DNA of 39,978 nt. Source: Octopus sinensis. Taxonomy: Eukaryota. This document shows positions 35,354 to 39,978 of the stretch, piece by piece. The DNA lies in the NCBI RefSeq assembly GCF_006345805.1, contig NW_021835546.1:1-39978 (forward strand). The letters run 5' to 3'. A program made the position numbers and the translations under genes. Position 1 is the stretch's first letter. Every line of letters begins with the position of its first letter. Below the pieces are notes generated by a model. That model worked only from the letters and a program-made list of their open reading frames with translations. It was not told the DNA's origin and ran no database searches.

Positions 35354-35611
35354 ATAATAATAATAATAATAATAATGATAATAATAATAATGATAATAAT
35401 AATGATAATATGAATAAATTGAAATTCATTGAGAAATGTTTTCTTGGCATGACATGTAATACATTTAGACTGGATTTTAATTAATTTCAACGGCTAAGAA
35501 TAAATTAGAGAAGAATTGAATAGGAAAGAATTATGTGCCTACGCTTGCCTGGGCTGTTCTCTGGGAAAAGTCTTGAAATAATACTTGCTGTGTTTATCCA
35601 TTTACATGTGT

Positions 35612-35666
<55 letters not shown>

Positions 35667-35692
35667 GGTATATATATATGCTAAATTTAGTG

Positions 35693-36016
35693 AAGGCGCG
35701 TGGCTTAGTAGTTAGGGCATTCGGCTGACGATTGTAAGGTCGTGAGTTCGATTCCCGGCGATGCGTTGTGTCCTTGAGCAAGACACTTTATTTACGTTGC
35801 TCCAGTCCACTCAGCTGGCAAAAATAAGTTGTACCTGTATTTCAAAGGGCTGGCCTTGTTACACTCTGTGTCACGCTGAATCTCCCTGAGAACTATGTTA
35901 GGGGTACTCGTGTCTGTGGATTGCTCAGTCGCTTGCACATTAATTCCACGAGCAAGCTGTTCCGTTGATTGTATCAGCTGGGACCCTCGTCGTCATAACC
36001 GATGGAGAGTGCTCCT
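35693..36016 (+). mobile_element. tRNA-headed SINE (family C group)
   Basis: aaggcgcgtggcttagtagttagggc...gagttcgattccc. Confidence 0.8.
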
Positions 36017-36254
36017 TTTTTTATGCTAAATTTAAGAGCAATGTTAAGAATCACAGCTGAATATTGATGTAGGGATTCAATTAATTTTGTGTGGAATTCT
36101 TAAAGTTTCACCTGAGAGCTTATACAACCACTTGTTGAATAAACTGTCAGAGAAAACTAAGAGGTCCAACCAAATTGAATAATGTATGTTTCTACCCCTG
36201 TCTTACTTGACTATTCCCCCCCCCCACCGAGTATACCCCCACTCGCACATATAG

Positions 36255-36605
36255 CGCAGCGCCGCCTCGACTGGCTTCCGTGCCGGTGGCATGTAAAGTG
36301 CACCGATCCAACCGTGGCCATTGCCAGCCTCGCCTGGCACCTGTGCGGGTGGCATGTAAAAAGCACCAATCCGACCGTGGCTGTTGCCAGCCTCGCCTGG
36401 CACCTGTGCGGGTGGCACGTAAAAAGCACCCACTACACTCACGGAGTGGTTGGCATTAGGAAGGGCATCCAGCTGTAGAAACACTGCCAGATCAGACTGG
36501 AGCCTGGTGCAGCCTTCTGGCTTCCCAGATCCCCGGTCGAACCGTCCAACCCATGCTAGCATGGAGAACGGACGTTAAACGATGATGATGATGATGATGA
36601 TGATG
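36255..36605 (+). mobile_element. Family B copy
   Basis: Family B body with a (GAT)n tail. Confidence 0.8.
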
Positions 36606-36632
36606 TATGTATTTTGTTGTGTCTAGAAAGAG

Positions 36633-36633
<1 letters not shown>

Positions 36634-36664
<31 letters not shown>

Positions 36665-37100
36665 GTTTAACGTCCGTTCTCCATGCTAGCATGGGTTGGA
36701 CGGTTTGACCGGGGTCTGGGAAGCCAAGAGGCTGCACCAGGCTCCAGTCTGATCTGGCAGTGTTTCTACAGCTGGATGCCCTTCCTAATGCCAACCACTC
36801 CGTGAGTGTAGTGGGTGCTTTTTATGTGCCACCGGCACAGGTGCCAGGGGAGTCTGGCAGTGGCCATGATCGGTTGGTGCTTTTTACGTGCCACTGGCAC
36901 AGAAGCCAGTCAAGGCGGCGCTGGCATTGGCCACGTTTGGATGGTGCTTTTTACGTGCCACCGGCACAGGTGCCAGGGGAGTCTGGCAGTGGCCATGATC
37001 GGTTGGTGCTTTTTACGTGCCACTGGCACAGAAGCCAGTCAAGGCGGCGCTGGCATTGGCCACGTTTGGATGGTGCTTTTTACGTGCCACCGGCACAGGT
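36634..37100 (-). mobile_element. Family B copy with an internal ~125-bp tandem duplication, inverted relative to 36255-36605
   Basis: Reverse complement of family B; accggcacaggtgccaggggagtctggcag occurs twice. Confidence 0.8.
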
Positions 37101-37499
37101 ATCACAACTACAATTTCGATTTGATATTTATTTCGATATTCATGTACTTGACTCAATAGGTCTCCTCAAGCAAAACATCATGCCAATATAATTAACAGAC
37201 ACACACTGGTTCAATACCACTCATTGACAACGACCTCAAGCCCACATGAGTAAACAAGACAGACAGAGACAGGCAGAAACAAGGAAAATGCCCCTTGTAT
37301 TTGAATACTATATAAATATTCTTTCAAAAAACTTTTCTTTTAATTTTACCAAAATTTAATTGTTTTCCATACTTACAGTTGAAAAAGTCTCGGTGACTGA
37401 AACCGGTACTGAAATGTTTTTTACGAAATTACCTTAGCATTTTCTACCTTGACGTTTTTTACCATATATATATATATATATATGTGTATATGTATACAC

Positions 37500-37568
<69 letters not shown>

Positions 37569-37700
37569 TGCACACGTGCACACACACACACACACACATA
37601 TATATATGATGTATGTATATGTATATATATGTCTATAGGTGTGTGTATATATATACATATACACATATATATATACATATATATACATGTATATACATAG

Positions 37701-37751
<51 letters not shown>

Positions 37752-37984
37752 TTGAAAGAATTGGTGTCAACAAGGAGTATGGTCGGCCATTTATTTTTTA
37801 ATCACTACAATTGTTTCCATGCAATGTAATTCTCCAAGCATTCAGGTACTTGATGCAACCACTTCCCTGCATCATAAAGGTCCTTCTTGGGTCATATCAA
37901 ACTCATAGGGCCAGTTTCTCAATTTCTGTGGCACATCAAATCAAAACAAATCAAAATAGATGAACATCAATGGAATTTGTATCT

Positions 37985-38445
37985 TTGTGGTACCAGTGCC
38001 GGTGGCACACAAGAAAACCATCCGAACGTGGCCGTAGCCAGTACCGCATCGACTGGCCTCCGTGCTGTGGGCACGTAACAAACACCATCCGATCATGGCC
38101 ATTCGCCCCCCTCATCTGGCACCTGTGTCGGTGGCACATAAAAAAAACACCATCCGAGCGTGGCCGTTCGCCAGCCTCATCTGGCACCTGTGTCGGTGGC
38201 ACATAAAAAAAAACCCATCCGAGCGTGGCTGTTCGCCAGCCTCGTCTGGCACCTGTGTCGGTGGCACATAAAATCACCCACTACACTCTCAGAGTGGTTG
38301 GCGTTAGGAAGGGCATCCAGCTGTAGAAACACTGCCAGATCTGACTGGCCTGGTGCAGCCTTCGGGCTCCCCAGACCCCAGTTGAACCGTCCAACCCATG
38401 CTAGCATGGAAAGCGGACGTTAAATGATGATGATGATGATGATGA
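37985..38445 (+). mobile_element. Family B copy with several internal ~60-bp units
   Basis: catctggcacctgtgtcggtggcacataaaaa repeated; (GAT)n tail. Confidence 0.8.
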
Positions 38446-38624
38446 TACGTTCCCCCTTGAATGAAACGGTCCACCGTAGGATTATACATTTTTGCCAGCG
38501 GAGTGGACTGGAGCAATGTGAAATGAGGTGTTTTGGTCAAGAACACAACATACCCCAGGTCATGGAATCAAGACTACACCCTTAAGATCATGAGTTCAAC
38601 AGCCTAATCGTTAAGCCACATGGA

Positions 38625-39160
38625 AAAGATTTTCTAACTAGAAAGGGTATGGCCTGGTCAGCCTGTAATGACATGCATAAGATCTGGTCATCAAATCTAA
38701 GTAGAGACTTCAAACTTGAAATCTTCAAAGCCACAGTCGAACCAATTCTACTATATGGCTCAGAAACCTGGACGTTATGAAAGAAGCTTGAGAGGCGGTT
38801 GGATGGAACCTACACTCGCCTCCTTATGAGAGCTCAAAATCTCTCGTGGAAGTGCCATCCAACCAAAATGCAAATATATGGGAAACTACCACCTGTGTCA
38901 TCTCTTGTGAAAGGTAGGAGAGTCCAGTTTGCTGGACATTGTGTAGAGCTGAAAAAGAAGTTTTCTTCTCTCCCTCTGGAAGCCATCTACTCGCAATACC
39001 AGAGGGCGCACACTACTCTCCTACCCTGATGTAATCTCCAGGGATACAGGCATCCAGCAACAGGACCTCCGTAATGCCATGATGGACCGTGAAGTCTGGC
39101 GTAGCATGGTAAATTCCATTGTCTTGACCACGGTCGAACAATGATGAATGATGATTGATC
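38625..39160 (+). mobile_element. 5'-truncated RTE-type LINE (reverse transcriptase C-terminal region, pseudogenised)
   Basis: KGMAWSACNDMHKIWSSNLSRDFKLEIFKATVEPILLYGSETWTL*KKLERRLDGTYTRLLMRAQNLSW...RRVQFAGHC...MMDREVWRSMV, with stop and frameshifts; ends in a tgatgaatgatga tail. Confidence 0.85.
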
Positions 39161-39366
39161 AGCACAAAAATAAATGGACAATGAAAATGGATGGTTGGTC
39201 TATTACAAAAATGGCGAATTGCATTCAATTTCTCATCTTCATTTCTTCAATAGAACTTGATCCGATTTAGAACCAGAAAAGTACACGAGTTACTGATGTA
39301 CTAGTAAGTATTTATTTTTCATATTAAAATTTACAATGGAGTGAGTACGGAAGTTTGTCAGTGAAC

Positions 39367-39700
39367 AGGTCATGGTCTCAAAGCGAGGAAAATATTTTGA
39401 CAAATTAAATTTAAATGTTGAAGTGAATCTAATGGATTTTGTGTGTTTCTAAAATGGCTTATAAACACCTTCCACGCTGCAATTGTTTTCGAAATTATAT
39501 TGCTGTATTGTAACTTCTTACAACTTCTTACATAATATTACTTCTTACACAATATTACGGAGATGTACTTGCATAGGTCACGGTCTCAAAGCGAGGAAAA
39601 TATTTTGACAAATTAAATTTAAATGTTGAAGTGAATCTAATGGATTTTGTGTGTTTCTAAAATGGCTTATAAACACCTTCCATGCTGCAATTGTTTTTCG
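39367..39700 (+). repeat. Direct repeat of ~125 bp, period 208 bp
   Basis: aggtca[tc]ggtctcaaagcgaggaaaatattttgac...ctgcaattgtttt at 39367 and 39575. Confidence 0.85.
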
Positions 39701-39905
39701 TTGCAGCACACAATCTCAGATCAGGTCACTTGCTATGGAAGTACATCTCCATATACCAAAAAAGTTTAGGTAAAACTGTATTCATAAATTAAATTAATTT
39801 ACTTAGTAAATTTAGTAAATCTATTTAATTTGCAAATACAAAAGTAGCAAAAGTCTTTAGGTATACCCTATTGTAAGTATTGCTAAAAAAAAACAAAAAA
39901 AAATC

Positions 39906-39978
39906 AGGCGCAGGAGTGGCTGTGAGGTAAGTAGCTTGCTACCAAACACATGGTTCCGGGTTCAGTCCCACTGCGTGG
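39906..39978 (+). mobile_element. SINE family A head, cut by the window end
   Basis: ggcgcaggagtggctgtgaggtaagtagc...ggttcagtcccactgcgtgg. Confidence 0.8.

Noticed and set aside
37377-37408. Possible 32-nt minus-strand micro-exon (ttcag|TACCGG...CAACT|gtaagt) whose phase-2 end would fit the FUN exon
   Set aside because: It has no homology support and such splice-like pairs arise by chance in 30 kb. It needs RNA-seq junction evidence.

Overview
This is eukaryotic, AT-rich, repeat-saturated genomic DNA. The SINE, microsatellite and MITE landscape resembles an octopus or other coleoid cephalopod genome; that assignment is from recall and was not checked. The only host gene I can support is the 5' part of a fibrillin gene on the minus strand. 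It has four coding exons with canonical AG/GT ends that join in frame: 10379-10455 (fibrillin unique N-terminal FUN domain), 6778-6873 (EGF1), 3471-3566 (EGF3-like) and 2394-2591 (hybrid domain 1). The signal-peptide exon and all downstream cbEGF exons were not found here. The rest is intronic or upstream sequence: several tRNA-headed SINE families, (GAT)n-tailed RTE-type 3' ends, RTE LINE remnants, stacked R4/Dong-like 3' ends in (TAA)n, a mariner-type remnant, a non-autonomous Helitron, nested TTAA MITEs, fold-back hairpins and long micro/minisatellites. Almost all ORFs in the supplied track are low-complexity or repeat artefacts. The most interesting points are: (1) no EGF2 exon is visible; (2) a near-identical inverted SINE pair loops out the in-frame EGF1 exon; (3) many long dsRNA-forming hairpins lie in the presumed pre-mRNA; (4) trimeric SINEs are each bounded by a single target-site duplication (TSD); (5) retroelements pile up in TAA microsatellites. 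I found no evidence for a prokaryote-type novel system such as CRISPR or a defence operon. Repeat boundaries are approximate unless a TSD or splice site is quoted.
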